From Wallemia ichthyophaga EXF-994 (Eukaryota > Fungi > Basidiomycota): DNA of 32,000 nt. A program made the position numbers and the translations under genes. How positions within the stretch are numbered: position 1 is the first letter of the stretch; the number at the start of each line of letters is the position of its first letter. The notes beneath the pieces were generated by a model that had not been told where the DNA came from, made no database searches, and saw nothing but the letters and a program-made list of their open reading frames with translations. Location of the stretch: contig NW_008806289.1 in NCBI RefSeq assembly GCF_000400465.1, forward strand, positions 90,001 to 122,000. Reading direction: 5' to 3'. Shown here in pieces: positions 11,247 through 24,451 of the stretch.

Positions 11247-11294
11247 ACGCGTTCATTGGTTAAATTCACGCGTTTTGTTACTCAGTAGACGCGT
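11247..11294. promoter_or_regulatory. Three MCB boxes (ACGCGT) at 11247, 11268 and 11289
   Basis: Exact ACGCGT hexamers 21 bp apart in a divergent promoter. ACGCGT is the established MBF (Mbp1/Res) site. Confidence 0.65.
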
Positions 11295-11329
11295 TTATCC
11301 CCGCACTTATTCCATTCACCTCAACAACC

Positions 11330-12262
11330 ATGTCAATCTTGCGTCGTTTGAGGGGAGCCTCGAATAGAGCATCGAATAGAGAATCCAATAGAGCTGGAAT
11401 GGGTAGTGACGCAGAGGTTTCCCAATTCAACACAGACGCCGCAGATACTCCACCCCCACCTGCTTATACGCCATACGATAACGGTCCAGTACAGCCACGT
11501 GCTACCTCCTCAGGCTACGCTCCACCCTCACACCCACCGCCACCACAAGCTGCTTGGCTCGATGACGCACTCCAACAGCTCAAAGGCAGGAGTGAAGATC
11601 CCTTACAATTCCTCTCACGATACGACACTTGCTTTCTCATCGATGATTCTGGTTCAATGGCAGGCGGTTTGTGGAAACAGGCTTTGTCTGCTTTAGCGGG
11701 GCTTCTGGAGATTGCCACCAAGTACGATCCAGATGGTGTTGATGTACTTTTCCTCAATAACCCAGCGGTTGCAAACAATGTAACAAACGTTAACACTCTC
11801 TACAACCTCTTTCACTCGGTCCAGCCATCTGGTTCTACACCCACTGGTACACGTCTAGAAGACATACTACTCAAATACCTTAACGATTATGAAAATAGCA
11901 ACGGTACAGTGAGAGTGAGACCACTAAATGTCGTAGTCGTCACCGATGGCACTGCCGAAGATGACGTTGAATCGGTTATACTCACTGCTGCGCGAAGACT
12001 CGATCGGCTCAATGCGCCGCTTTCTCAAGTCGGTATACAATTTATACAGATCGGCGATGATCCATCTGCTACAGTGTGGCTACATGAGTTGGATGACGAG
12101 ATACACAAAATTGGCGGTGGTTGTAGAGATTTGGTCGATACAACACCTGTAGTCGATGTTATCGATGGCGGCAAGGATGGCTTCGATGCTAAGTACCTCC
12201 TCAAAGCAATGCTAGGTGGGATTAATAAGAGACACGACCGAGTTGAAAATGTGCAACATTGA
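11330..12262 (+). CDS. Fungal von Willebrand factor A (vWA) domain protein, intronless
   Basis: MIDAS-type FLIDDSGSM, TPTG and VVVTDG motifs; GIQFIQIG; DLVDTTP; Pro-rich N-terminus. Confidence 0.85.
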   Translation: MSILRRLRGASNRASNRESNRAGMGSDAEVSQFNTDAADTPPPPAYTPYDNGPVQPRATSSGYAPPSHPPPPQAAWLDDALQQLKGRSEDPLQFLSRYDTCFLIDDSGSMAGGLWKQALSALAGLLEIATKYDPDGVDVLFLNNPAVANNVTNVNTLYNLFHSVQPSGSTPTGTRLEDILLKYLNDYENSNGTVRVRPLNVVVVTDGTAEDDVESVILTAARRLDRLNAPLSQVGIQFIQIGDDPSATVWLHELDDEIHKIGGGCRDLVDTTPVVDVIDGGKDGFDAKYLLKAMLGGINKRHDRVENVQH

Positions 12263-12545
12263 TACGCGTCTTGTACATGTCCCCAATTTAGACTAAACAT
12301 TCTTAACACACATACCAGAGGAATGGTATGAATAACCACCCAAAAAGAATTGAGATTGAGATATGTTATATTGTGCTATTACACAGCTAGACTGCACGTA
12401 TTATACTCCAGTGTAACATTTAATATACCTATTGTGTAAGTGTTTTGGGTTTGAAAATCTTCAGCAATTAAACTAATATAGTTTACGACATTCCGCTGTT
12501 AAGATATTTAACGATCCAAGAAGACATTGCATTAGTACCACCAAT

Positions 12546-13797
12546 ATGGTAACGTACAATGGACAAATAATAAACAATTTAGACGCCGTGGTACTGTTTA
12601 AGGCAGTCGAGGCTAGCAAACTGCAATTATATAAGCGCAGACTGACTTCTTCTGAGCGAATGTCTATAAAATCTGGGGATATCTTTATTTGGGAGGAGTG
12701 TCAAGGCATGCAAAGATGGACAGACGGTAGAAGATGGGGTCCTTCGCGAGTACAAGGGGGATTCCTATGGTACAAGGAGATAGAAGCGAATGAGTCAGTG
12801 TAATTTTTAATGTAATAGCAAGGCTAACATAATTTACAGAGACACAGCACTCATCAAGCAAACATATTCGCTCCCACAATCTGTCTCAAACATGATACAA
12901 GAACCAAAATTGCATTTAGTTTGCTATACGAACGCAAATAATAACCTACAAAGGCCGAGCGATGATCCAACACTTGAACAATTCAAACATTCCACCGAAT
13001 ACACAACGCCTTCTGTGTTGACGTCATCAGCAGGACAACCTAATCGATCAGATCGACCAGAACCAATCAAGATACTCAATGACACGTCGTTCAGTCCACC
13101 ACCTACACCACCGCATAGCTACAATACACCGATGATCTTCACAGACCCATTCCAATCCTCCGCCACAATTACGCCGCCTGTCTCAGCCACGAGGATGGAC
13201 TTCATGGTTGAACAAGGGCGTAGGGCATCGCATCCACACACTCAGTCATCTAGCAGTGGCTCAGCGATCCAAGCAGGAGCATATGCAGCCACACTGGTTG
13301 GCAGAGGTGCTGCAAGACGAGGCAGCTCACCCTATCCATCACCACGAAGAAACAGCAGTATTTTTGAAAGAAATGCGTCATTCTCGAGTGGTAGAAGATC
13401 AAACAATACATCTAGACCAACTCCTCCAGCCCCACTTAATTTGAATCAGGGCCTTTATATTCCTCCACCTATGACATCCGCACCAGCTGCAGTTACTACA
13501 CATACTATTCCAACTACATTTGCAGCGACGAACAATATGTTTCAGACACATACACCTGCGCACACACAGCATAGACCATCATCAAGTCACAGCCATGGTC
13601 GTGGGCAGGTTGACTATTCCAAACCTGCTCCACCGATACATCAACAACAGCCACAGGCATACGCACAAAGAGCATCTCTTCCTCCTATAGCCAACAACAT
13701 CCCTAGAAACAGCATCTCCACAGCTACGTCGAGAATCAACCTTTGCGATGAAGACAAGAGACAGTTGGATAGTTTTAAGTTCAATGACTGCTTGTAG
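12546..13797 (+). CDS. Gti1/Pac2 family (WOPR) transcription factor; intron 12794..12839
   Basis: WOPRa motifs RRLTSSERMSIKSGDIFIWEE and MQRWTDGRRWGPSRVQGGFLWYKE. After a GTCAGT..CTAAC..CAG intron come LIKQTYS and LHLVCY (WOPRb), then a low-complexity tail. Confidence 0.88.
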
Positions 13798-13994
13798 TTT
13801 TAGAGCAGAGAAACGTAAAGTAAGACAGCATCACATCTTAGACATTAATGAGCGCCAGCTAAGCATTTTTTGTATATATTGTATAATATCAAGCATTCGC
13901 ATTTTCAACTGTAACATTAGTTATAAAGCGGCTTTAGCCTGAGTATGCATCAAAAATCATTTACATTCAACATGAAAATTATCGTAGCGAGACA

Positions 13995-15338
<1,344 letters not shown>

Positions 15339-15605
15339 TTATATTAAAAGTTCAAATGACGTCAATATCACTGCGGTAATCTGTTGGATACTCATGTGCG
15401 TGAAACTAATTTACTTCGATGGTTTGAGGCGCGTAGCTATAACAGGAACCTGCTTTCCAACATCCACTCTCTGACCTTAGTTTTGCTTAGTTGAAAAATT
15501 TCACAAGCTCCACAGGGCGTTGTTACATATACCAATTGCCAAGTGTTTAATTAAGTAGTGTACATGTATGTCGTTAACCCAATTCAATGTTACAGATACA
15601 TTCGC

Positions 15606-17522
15606 TCATGTAGTGATTACAGAAGGAGGAGGCTTGGGTGCTTGTAGCGAGGCCTCTCGAGCCCATAGAGCCAATTTGATATTTTTGCTTTTATCGACAG
15701 TGTGTGCTGGTGTTGGTACAATAGGCGATGGTAAGGCTGGTGACGCGGTTGAGGTCGGTGAGGTGGCTGAAGTAAGCGGTGGATTGGCTAGATCCTTGTT
15801 ATCCATCTTGTCTTCCTTCTTCCCACCCAATCTGTGCACTCTCTTGCGTCTGGCTTTCTGTGTTCCTTTGCTATTCCTTTTAAACGTATGAGGGAAGCTC
15901 CTCACTGTTGATCGCTCAAACACTCTCGTGTTAGGTGAGAGTGTCAAATTGGTTTGTGACAATTTAGCAAGCTCGTTGACGTTCTCATTTACTGGTGCCA
16001 TCACTACCATTTTGCCGCCATCTGAATATTGTATGTTCTTTTGGAAGCTTGGCGAGGTGCTCAAGTTATACGGCTTGATAGATAAAGACGCACTCTTCTC
16101 TTCTTCGAATATCGAAGTAGGCGCGGTCGAATCCTCGACAACAGACGTATCAGCAAAGGAGTTGGTGCGTGAATCTGATTGTGTTGATTTGCTATCCATA
16201 GTCAAGTGGGTATTCTTGCTGTAACTCGACGTAGCTCTAGCTGTTGCTGTCTTGCCGCTTAATAATGAGGTTACGTCGCTACTTGGTGATCTTAAAGAGC
16301 TAGAACTTGCTTTACACAGCCCCGGCCTGCTAATACCGTCAATACTTCGCAGTTCTTCCACCTGATCATCATCAACCTCATCGTCTTGACCAAGCTGCAT
16401 CCGGCGAAGACTATGAGATACTACATCGTCATCTTCTGGCTCAAACAGTCCGGGCGAAGGTTGAGCTGGAGTATCGAATATATCAATGTCATCGAGGTCA
16501 TCGCGCTTGTCAGTATTATGACTGAAGCTGCGGCTACGTTCCCATAGCTGACCGAATGCATCCTCACTTGGTGGTAGTTGTAGGGAATTGAGATGAGGCC
16601 TGAGACCATATGTTGGATCATAGAATTCAAGATCGGGGAAAGTGGACGAGGTAGGAGAATAAGCTTCAGATTGAGATTGAGTAGATAGCCTGTTACTTCT
16701 TCTAGGTATATTTACACTTCTTGGACCCCTTTCAACTTTACTTGCATATAGCGTCTGATAAGATTCCAAATCACCATTTGCGGACATGGCAGCACGCTTA
16801 GGAGCGGCAGAAGGTTTTTGATTAGCTTGAGACTCTTTTTTAGCAAAGTATTGTTGAGACAATTTGTGAATTATACCCGGCAAATCCTCTCTAAACATTT
16901 CTCTAAGCTGACCTTCGATTTGCTGCTGAATGAATTTTTGTATGACAGCGATAGAATCGAAAGTGCTGCTTACGTCGAGGTTCTCGAGAGGATCATTCTT
17001 GAAGACAAGAGTGATACCTTTCTGTTTGCTGACGACGAGTACGACAATCGCACGAAGACGCAATGCAGATAAGCGTAGGTGCATGGGGACAACGAGAGGT
17101 TGATGAGCTGCTAGAATTGATCTTCCACCGAGTAATCCAGGCTTTGAGCCTTTAGTTGTCAGTGGATTCGCCTGAGGTGGAATGAGAAATGGAGTAGCCA
17201 GTATGTCATCACGCACTTGTACTTTCGTTCGCAAGACAATATGTGCATCGCCTGTATAATTCATTCTGAATATCCCCCTGAACCTATCCACTGATAATTC
17301 CCCAATTTCTAATATCTCAAGCTCAGGTGGCTAGCAATTTCTCAGCAGTATTCAACGCGTAAGCAGACGACTAACAATAGTCCCCATATTCAAATCCTCA
17401 ACGACTATCCTGTCAGCGATTATTGGTGGCTTTGGTCCTTTATTCAAAGCGCTATCAAGTGTTGTCCTCGCATCTGCTAAGAATTCTGCGCTGAATTTCG
17501 GCCAATCAAATTTAAATGCCAT
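15606..17522 (-). CDS. MDM34: ERMES subunit Mdm34; introns 17331..17375 and 17172..17216
   Basis: MAFKFDW..SALNKGPKPPIIADRIVVEDLNMGTI|PPELEILEIGELSVDRFRGIFRMNYTGDAHIVLRTKVQ|ANPL, and FKNDPLENLDVSSTFDSI (SMP domain). Confidence 0.92.
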
Positions 17523-17705
17523 TATGTTCTCTATTAACGCCGCTTTTTTCGCCTCCTCAGCGTGTGTTTGTTGAAATACCTGTCCGCGTCCGTGATGGAA
17601 TTCTCGCAACATGTGGGGATCGATTAAGGTAATATCAAAATTTTAAAAACACAATCTAATTCAATATAACATACACGCTTAACTCGTTAAAGATAATCTT
17701 ACGCA

Positions 17706-20700
17706 TCACTCTTGCAACCTCGGCTGACGTGCGGGCTGAGATGTCTCACTCCCAAAGCCGCCGATAACCGTGTTGATTGGCTCCAACTTTTCCACTTTGT
17801 CACCTCGAATGTCTCTCACCTTCCTTACATCTGCGCTCTCCTGGTCAGAATCCATACTTGCAGCTAGTAAGTTTTTCTCGTTGAATTCTGCAGTGTTGTA
17901 CTTTTTCTTCAACAACACACCAACCTCATCGTTGATTATATCGCTCAATTCCTCTCTCCATTTCATTTCTGCCATCTCCGTAGCGTGCAAATCGACGTTG
18001 ACATCTTTCCCTCCATCTTTGAGTAATTGACTAGCTTTCATCACAGCGCGCACCGTGCTATCGTTGAATTCAATATCGAAAGCGTCTAATATGCACTTCC
18101 TAGCTGGAGCCCTGTAATGAAATGTCTCCATCAGATACAGCGCTCTGCTCAGCATTGTTATTGACCTGAACGGTGCCTTGTCCTGTGCCTTCAACTTGGC
18201 GAGCGAGCGCGATGCCCCGCCTGCAACTAGCTGATTACTAAGATCAGAAAGTACACCAATTATTTGCCTTTCAATCGGTTTTGTCGGCTCCTCTAAAACA
18301 AAGGCTGATTGTACATGTCGATTTGTATACGCCTCCCATTCTGGGATATGCACAAATTTGTTGAGATTCTTTGGTAAGCATATTCCAAGCGGCTGTCCAA
18401 GCGTAGAAACAGTCGACTGCCAACCAAAGCGTTCGAGGATTGTAATACCAGCTTCAGTCGATGCAATCAATCCCAGTACGAAATAACATGTACCTTTAAC
18501 TGAGATAAACTCATTCCGTTCGGCTATCTCGACTATAGTTCCTATAATTCTTTCATGTTCAAGGAAAGGCAACCCGTGCGGTGTTGATCCAATAGTACCA
18601 ACTGCCCACAAAACACTCTTCAGCTTGCTGATCAGATCGGTATCACTATTTTCAAACCCATGTCTTCTTATAAATTCGGCAAAGTCTGCAAAATGTCCTT
18701 TCTCAGCCAGAAACTCACATCCCTCATATGTTTTGGTAAGCTCGCCGTAAAAGTGCGACGGAACAGTGCCGTCGAATGTGATTGCCTCCTCAGACTGATC
18801 AAATGAGCTCATTCCAAGTGCGTGTGAGATATAAACCTCAATCAGCACCACATAATGTGCATTTCGTTCCTGTGACGAAGGTGTTAGTAGGGCAACGAAA
18901 CAACCGAGAGACCACCACTTACATGGAACCAATCGTCAATTTCCCTATCTATGTAATCTGATTGTTGAAGATACTTGAAACCAACGGACGTGGACAGAAA
19001 GCGCAGCATGAGAGGATGTCCAGTTTCTCCCAGGTGATCCAGACTTGGCATCATGCTTACCACAAGTTCAAGTATTTCAGTTGACTCGCAAACCTTCTCT
19101 AAATATTTGACTGCCAATTCACATATATCGATAGCTGGATCATAGAGCTGGGTAATGAGTAAATCGAGAGCCCATTCGTTTGGTTTAGGTGATGACAAGA
19201 TCAATTCACCAAGATGAGTGGTTGCGAATTGTCTTACGTGCTGCGAATGAGTGTCAATGAGCGTTTCAAGTATTAGACGCATCTATCAAACAACACTCAC
19301 CTTGTAACTTGCTGTCAAAGCTTTCGATAGAATAATACGCGGGTGTCCAGAACTTTTGTTAACATCATTAGATGAAGCAAACGTGAACAAAATCACAACC
19401 TACTTTGAATAATCGAGCTTCTCAATGATAGCCTTGATAAGATCTTCGCGACTACGTAATTCACTGAGATGGTAGAATGAGGTAAACATTTTATGCTTTT
19501 CCAGCAACTGGATACCCTCCGGCGTTTTACTGATTGTCCCAATCATCTCAAAGTATCCAATACACAGAGTGTCCTCCAGTCTGTTACGCGAAAAAATAGG
19601 TTCACCATCGAGAGCTTGGTTGCTGTGAAGAGGATCGAGCTGCGAGAAGCAATCACCGATTTGTCTCAGCAACTTATCCTCAGCTAAGTACCTCCTTCCT
19701 TCTTCGCTGGTGAGGAAAGTGGTGACAAGCTGACAGCCCATTCGTACCCATTTCATATTTGGTTTTGTCTTCTTGGCATTAGAGAATCGGAGATTGAATG
19801 GATGAAAGAAGGACATGAGACGTTTGATGAACTTGGTATTCTTGATAGCCTCTTCTAAACGACGAGGATTGAGAAGCGGCCCTTCGAGGAGATCATACAC
19901 GACGTCATAATTCCATCTGACATTATCCTTGGTGACCAGCACTTGAGACTCGAGCAACATAGCTTGAAAATTTTTATCGTCTATCTGCATACCAATGCGC
20001 ATTTTAACCTGCTCGACTTGTCGCTGACCTCTGCGCATTGGATCATCTAGTGAATTGGAACGCTTTCGGCTATCGCGTGTGGCAGCTGGTATAGGTCTAT
20101 TCCTCACTCTGTTAAAATGATCTATTGTCGCGAGAGCTGAGCAAGCAGACAAGCGAAGATCACCACTGTATTCCGCAGCTAGAGCGAACAGACGTGGAAG
20201 CGTTTGAAGCTTGGCAGCGTATGCTGAAGGTAAGATTCTATTACCCTTGCGAAGAAGCTCACCAAGTAATAGTGTTGCCTTGCGTGTAAGCACTTGGTTC
20301 TTCTCTTCAACAATAGCCGTCAACCCTTCAATCAACCCTCCATCTATCAAGACCACAAGAAGCAAAGCGATGTAATGATCAATTATCGTAATTTTCTCTG
20401 GCTTGTCGGAATCTTGAGCTGATCTTTCTGGCGCTTTGCGTTGACCTGTAGATCTATTGTACATCGTCTGCCGCCTACCTTCGAGTGAAGCAACATACCA
20501 ATCCGGAGTCTTGATGATGAGCAACTCGAACATCAAGTCAAGAAGAGCTTCCCTCAGCTCCTGTGAAGGAACTCGGAGAGCATCAATTAGGGTGCGCACA
20601 GTATTCCTGTCATTGACGCAGAAATACAGGAGTCCACTCCAGTTTTTCAGCAAGACAACAAGGATGCTGTTAGCGCATTTGAGTCTTTCAATGCGGGCGT

Positions 20701-21828
20701 TTGAGGCTTTGAAGTGAGCAGAAGGAACATCCGTAAAGGCGGTCATACTGACTTCTAAATCGGTACCTGGTTTGATGTACTTGCGTGTTGAAGGATGATC
20801 GAGAGTGTAGCAGAAGATAGAGGCAACCACGGGAGCGAAATGAGCCAAGTCAGGCGACGAACCCGTCAAGGCTGACAGTAGAATGTTGAGGCCTTGAGAT
20901 TTAGATAGTAGCTCCATATCTAGGATAGCTATTTCTGCTAGCAATTCCAAACAGAAATAACGCAAAGAGTCATCACCATTTTCAGCTATAGAAATAATTG
21001 CTCGGACAATGGACTGATCTATAAACAGACCATGCGGGTTACCGAGATCAACAAGTGCTCTAATGAAAAAGACAGCCTGCTCCTTCTCGAGTTGATCTGA
21101 GGAGTCTCTTGCGAGTGAGCGTATGAGGTATATATTAATGCCATAAGAGTTGTAAAGCTGAGCTGAGCTGTAATCAACGAGGCTGTGCCTAAGGAGTCTG
21201 TATGCGACAGTCCTCACCAAACCACCTGCACTATCAGACAAACATTCTTTGACGCCGTTGATGAGAACAGACTGATCAAGTTCATACTTAAGTCTAAAGC
21301 TTCGTTTGAGAGCATCAGTGAGGCCAGCCATGACGTCTATCCGCCGAGACATTAAGCTATCAGGGTCAAATTGAACAGCAGAGTCGTTGATATTTAAGAG
21401 AGAGTTTAAGAGAGATAATCCATTATTATGCGCTGTTCGATAATCGTCAATATGATGATCTATAAAAGTATCTTGAACACGTCGCCGACGAGCAGAGTCG
21501 ATGTGGGTTTCTTTGCGTGGGGTATTTGGTATAAGTTTAAGATATTCAATATCCTTTGTAAATTTGTTTATATTGTTGTTTGCTTTAGTGAGTGCTTCTT
21601 CAACTTGCCTCCTAAGCATTTCCTGATGATCTGATTGAGCTGTATCGAAGACCTATAGAATCGAGGGGGTTTGAGATTACAGATAACACGACACATGCAA
21701 CGCACCTGCAATAGATTCTCAGCGCCATCCTTTATCTTCTCTTCAACATGAAGCTTCTCATCGAGCTGAGCGAGCTTAGCAGCAACATCCTTAGCGCTAT
21801 CGCTATGAATATCATCAGTCTCCGTCAT
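17706..21828 (-). CDS. AVO3: TORC2 subunit RICTOR/Avo3/Ste20 with N-terminal HR1 domain; introns 21653..21705, 19353..19403, 19241..19300, 18870..18922
   Basis: HR1 VEEKIKDGAENLLQ; RICTOR motifs YRLLRH, EKEQAV.FIRAL, LSELRSREDL, GHPRIILSKALT, LKSVLWAVGTIGS, KGTCYFVLGLI. Confidence 0.92.
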
Positions 21829-21924
21829 TTGAGTTGGTTTGATATCTTTGACGATCTTTGACGAGGGTTAAAAATCAAAAGGGAATTTATCAAGTTTTTT
21901 TATTTTACTTGTACAATATTAAGC

Positions 21925-23427
21925 TTAGTATAACATGGAAGACATGTCTGCTCTAATTCTGTTGTAATCGAGTAAGCCTTCAGTGCGACCGTGCGCAGCA
22001 ATTGCAATGTCCTTGTCCCATAAGTACTTGTTGGCGACTCTAATAATCTCTTCTGGAGTTACAGCGGCGATTGCGTTTTCAATTTCAGTTGGGGTCATAC
22101 GCTTACCTGTGGTGACAATTTGTCTACCAATGTCCTCAGTTACTGCAGTTGATCCATCTAATCCGAGTAATAAGGAAGCTTTGAGTTGAGATTTGGCGCG
22201 TTCAACTTCAGCAACAGTTGGTGCAATCGACATTCTTTGCCATTCTTTGAGGGTGAAGTGAACCAAGTCATCCAAGTTCATCAAATTTTCAGATACTAAG
22301 TAAATACCCCATAAACCAGTGTCGCTGTATGAAGTAGAGAATGACATGTAGCTGTTTGCTAGATTGTTTTCACTGATAATGTGTGATAATTTGCTTGAAA
22401 GAAGTGGAGAAGCACCCAAGCTACGATCCCAGTTACCGAAGATGGATTGCATGACGAGCATTGGGAAGTAATCAGGGCTAGACCAACTGACACCTTCAAC
22501 AGCAATTGCGAGATTGCAAGTTGGTGAGCTATCATCTCTAATTCTAACCTCAGAACCGGTGAACTTTGTGTGTTCAGCAGAAGGTCTAGTACCAAGTGGA
22601 AGAGGGTTTGGAGAGCTGGAAAGGTTACCGAAGTGTTGGTTGGCTAATTCAACGAGTTGAGAATGTGAGACACCACCTGCACCAGCCAAAACCATCTTAT
22701 CACCGTGATAATTGTTCTTAATGTAATCACTGAGTTGATCACGGGTAAGTGATTTAATGTTTTGTGAAGGGCCAAGGATAGTTTGACCAAGTGGCTCGCC
22801 TTGGAAAGCAACAGCGTGAAGGTGATCGAAAACGACTTCTTCAACTTGCTTATTGACTTCTTCCTCTTCACGAAGAATAACGTCTCTTTCACGCTCAATT
22901 GCTTTTGAATCGAGCTTGGAATTTTGAAGGATATCCGACAAAACGTCAACGGCTTTAGGGACATCGTGGGAGAAAGACTTTGCGTAATAAACGGTCTGTT
23001 CACGAGAAGTGTATGCGTTCAAATGAGCACCAAGAGATTCAACTTCCAATTCGAGGTCGTATTGAGAGCGGCGGTTAGTACCCTGGAATGAAGGTGAGGT
23101 GGATATAAAAACAGAATAATCAAACAAACCTTGAAAGCCATATGCTCCAAGAAGTGAGCTGTACCATTGTTCTTTATAGATTCACCTCTAGAGCCAGAAT
23201 CGATCCAAACGCCAACTGTGGCAGATTTTGTGTCATTTTGCTCAGTGGCGATAGTGAGGCCTAAGTAGTGGTGTGCGTAAGTGAAAATCCCCCTCAAAGT
23301 CCATTATATCCTCACCATTTGGTAATGTAGTGACCTGTGTGGCTGGTTGAGGAATAGAGCTAGCGTATTTACGTGATTGCTGAGCTGCTAATCCCCTACA
23401 AGACTTTAAAATACCACGGCTGAACAT
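21925..23427 (-). CDS. MAS1: Mitochondrial processing peptidase beta subunit (M16 family); introns 23261..23315 and 23083..23129
   Basis: Presequence-like N-terminus; TTLPNG|LTIATE; [12 protein letters not shown]; intact inverted Zn motif HFLEHMAFK|GT; [12 protein letters not shown]; [11 protein letters not shown]. Confidence 0.92.
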
Positions 23428-23520
23428 TTCAATTTCTCAGTTTTTTATAGTTTACAACAAGATATTTGAGGCTCCTCAGTTTTCGATAAAATTGATTTTT
23501 CATCTTCTTAATCGGTGACG

Positions 23521-24236
23521 ATGAGGTTTTATACAGTCGCAGCAGCAACGGCTTTAGTTGGATTGTGAGTTGTGACTTTAATGGTCTTTATCCAACTCAA
23601 TTCCATCCAGCACCAGTTACGCTGTCTACTTCGACTACAAACGCCGTAACGACACAGCTTTTAGAAAATCTTTAAAGAAAGCTGCCGTTAAACAAGGTAA
23701 AGCTGATAAAGCTGCTGCTGAAAAGGGCGCTATGGAAATGCAAGTCGCTCTCAAAGCTGCGGTTCTTGAAGCAAATATCGAGGTTGAAGCGTTCAAGAGG
23801 TCTGTCACTGGAGCTGAGCAAGGTGAAGCTTATTTCATGCAAAACGTCGGAAATGGTGAAGTTTTGGCTTCAATGGGTGCGTTATTGTCTAACCGAGAAG
23901 ACACCTCCGTTAAACCCCTCTTTAGGCCCAGAAAGCGCCCTTAAAGCTGCAACAGCTTTCTTCAAGGCTCTCAAGGTCTATCCTTCCCCTGTTGAGCTCT
24001 TGATGATCTATGAGAGAACTGTTCCTCCACCAATCTTCCAGTTGGTCATGCAGATGACTAGCCAAGAGGTTGCAAACGCTCAATCTCAAAAGGCTCCCGA
24101 GCAACCAAAGTCTGGTTCTATTGAGGAGAATGTCACAGAAGATTCTCAAAAGCCATCGACAGAAGCCCCTACAGGTATTCCAGCTTCTGCTCCCTCTGAC
24201 ACAAGCTCACACGAATGGGAAAACATTCAATCTTAA
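23521..24236 (+). CDS. TOM20: Mitochondrial import receptor Tom20; introns 23565..23610 and 23877..23925
   Basis: N-terminal anchor followed by YAVYFDYKRRNDTAFRKSL; EAYFMQNV..GE; AATAFFKALKVYPSPVELLMIYERTVPPPIF. Confidence 0.9.
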
Positions 24237-24451
24237 TCAATTCTCTATACTCCAATCCACCGCGCCTACTACCTCTTAGACTGGCTTTTCTTTCTCCACT
24301 GTATTTCTTGATCTATAAAATTATTAAGATGATTATCATTTTTATCATGTTTATCAAGTTAATCTCGATAATCTCAATGGCTATATCGGTTGTTTTCATC
24401 CAGTGAAAATTTGCATCCTTATACATGACGTCAATACACGTTTAAATATCA

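Noticed and set aside
17523-17612. N-terminal extension of MDM34 (MLREFHH...) in the ORF track
   Set aside because: Mdm34 homologues begin at the MAFKF-type Met (17522); the upstream part looks like UTR or promoter.
19283-19300. Apparent 18-nt intron in RICTOR suggested by the ORF start at 19282
   Set aside because: Too short; the acceptor at 19241 gives a 60-nt intron and the expected SYK|HVR junction.
24426-24433. Second TGACGTCA palindrome
   Set aside because: Lies between two convergent 3' ends (TOM20 and TIP41-like), not in a promoter.
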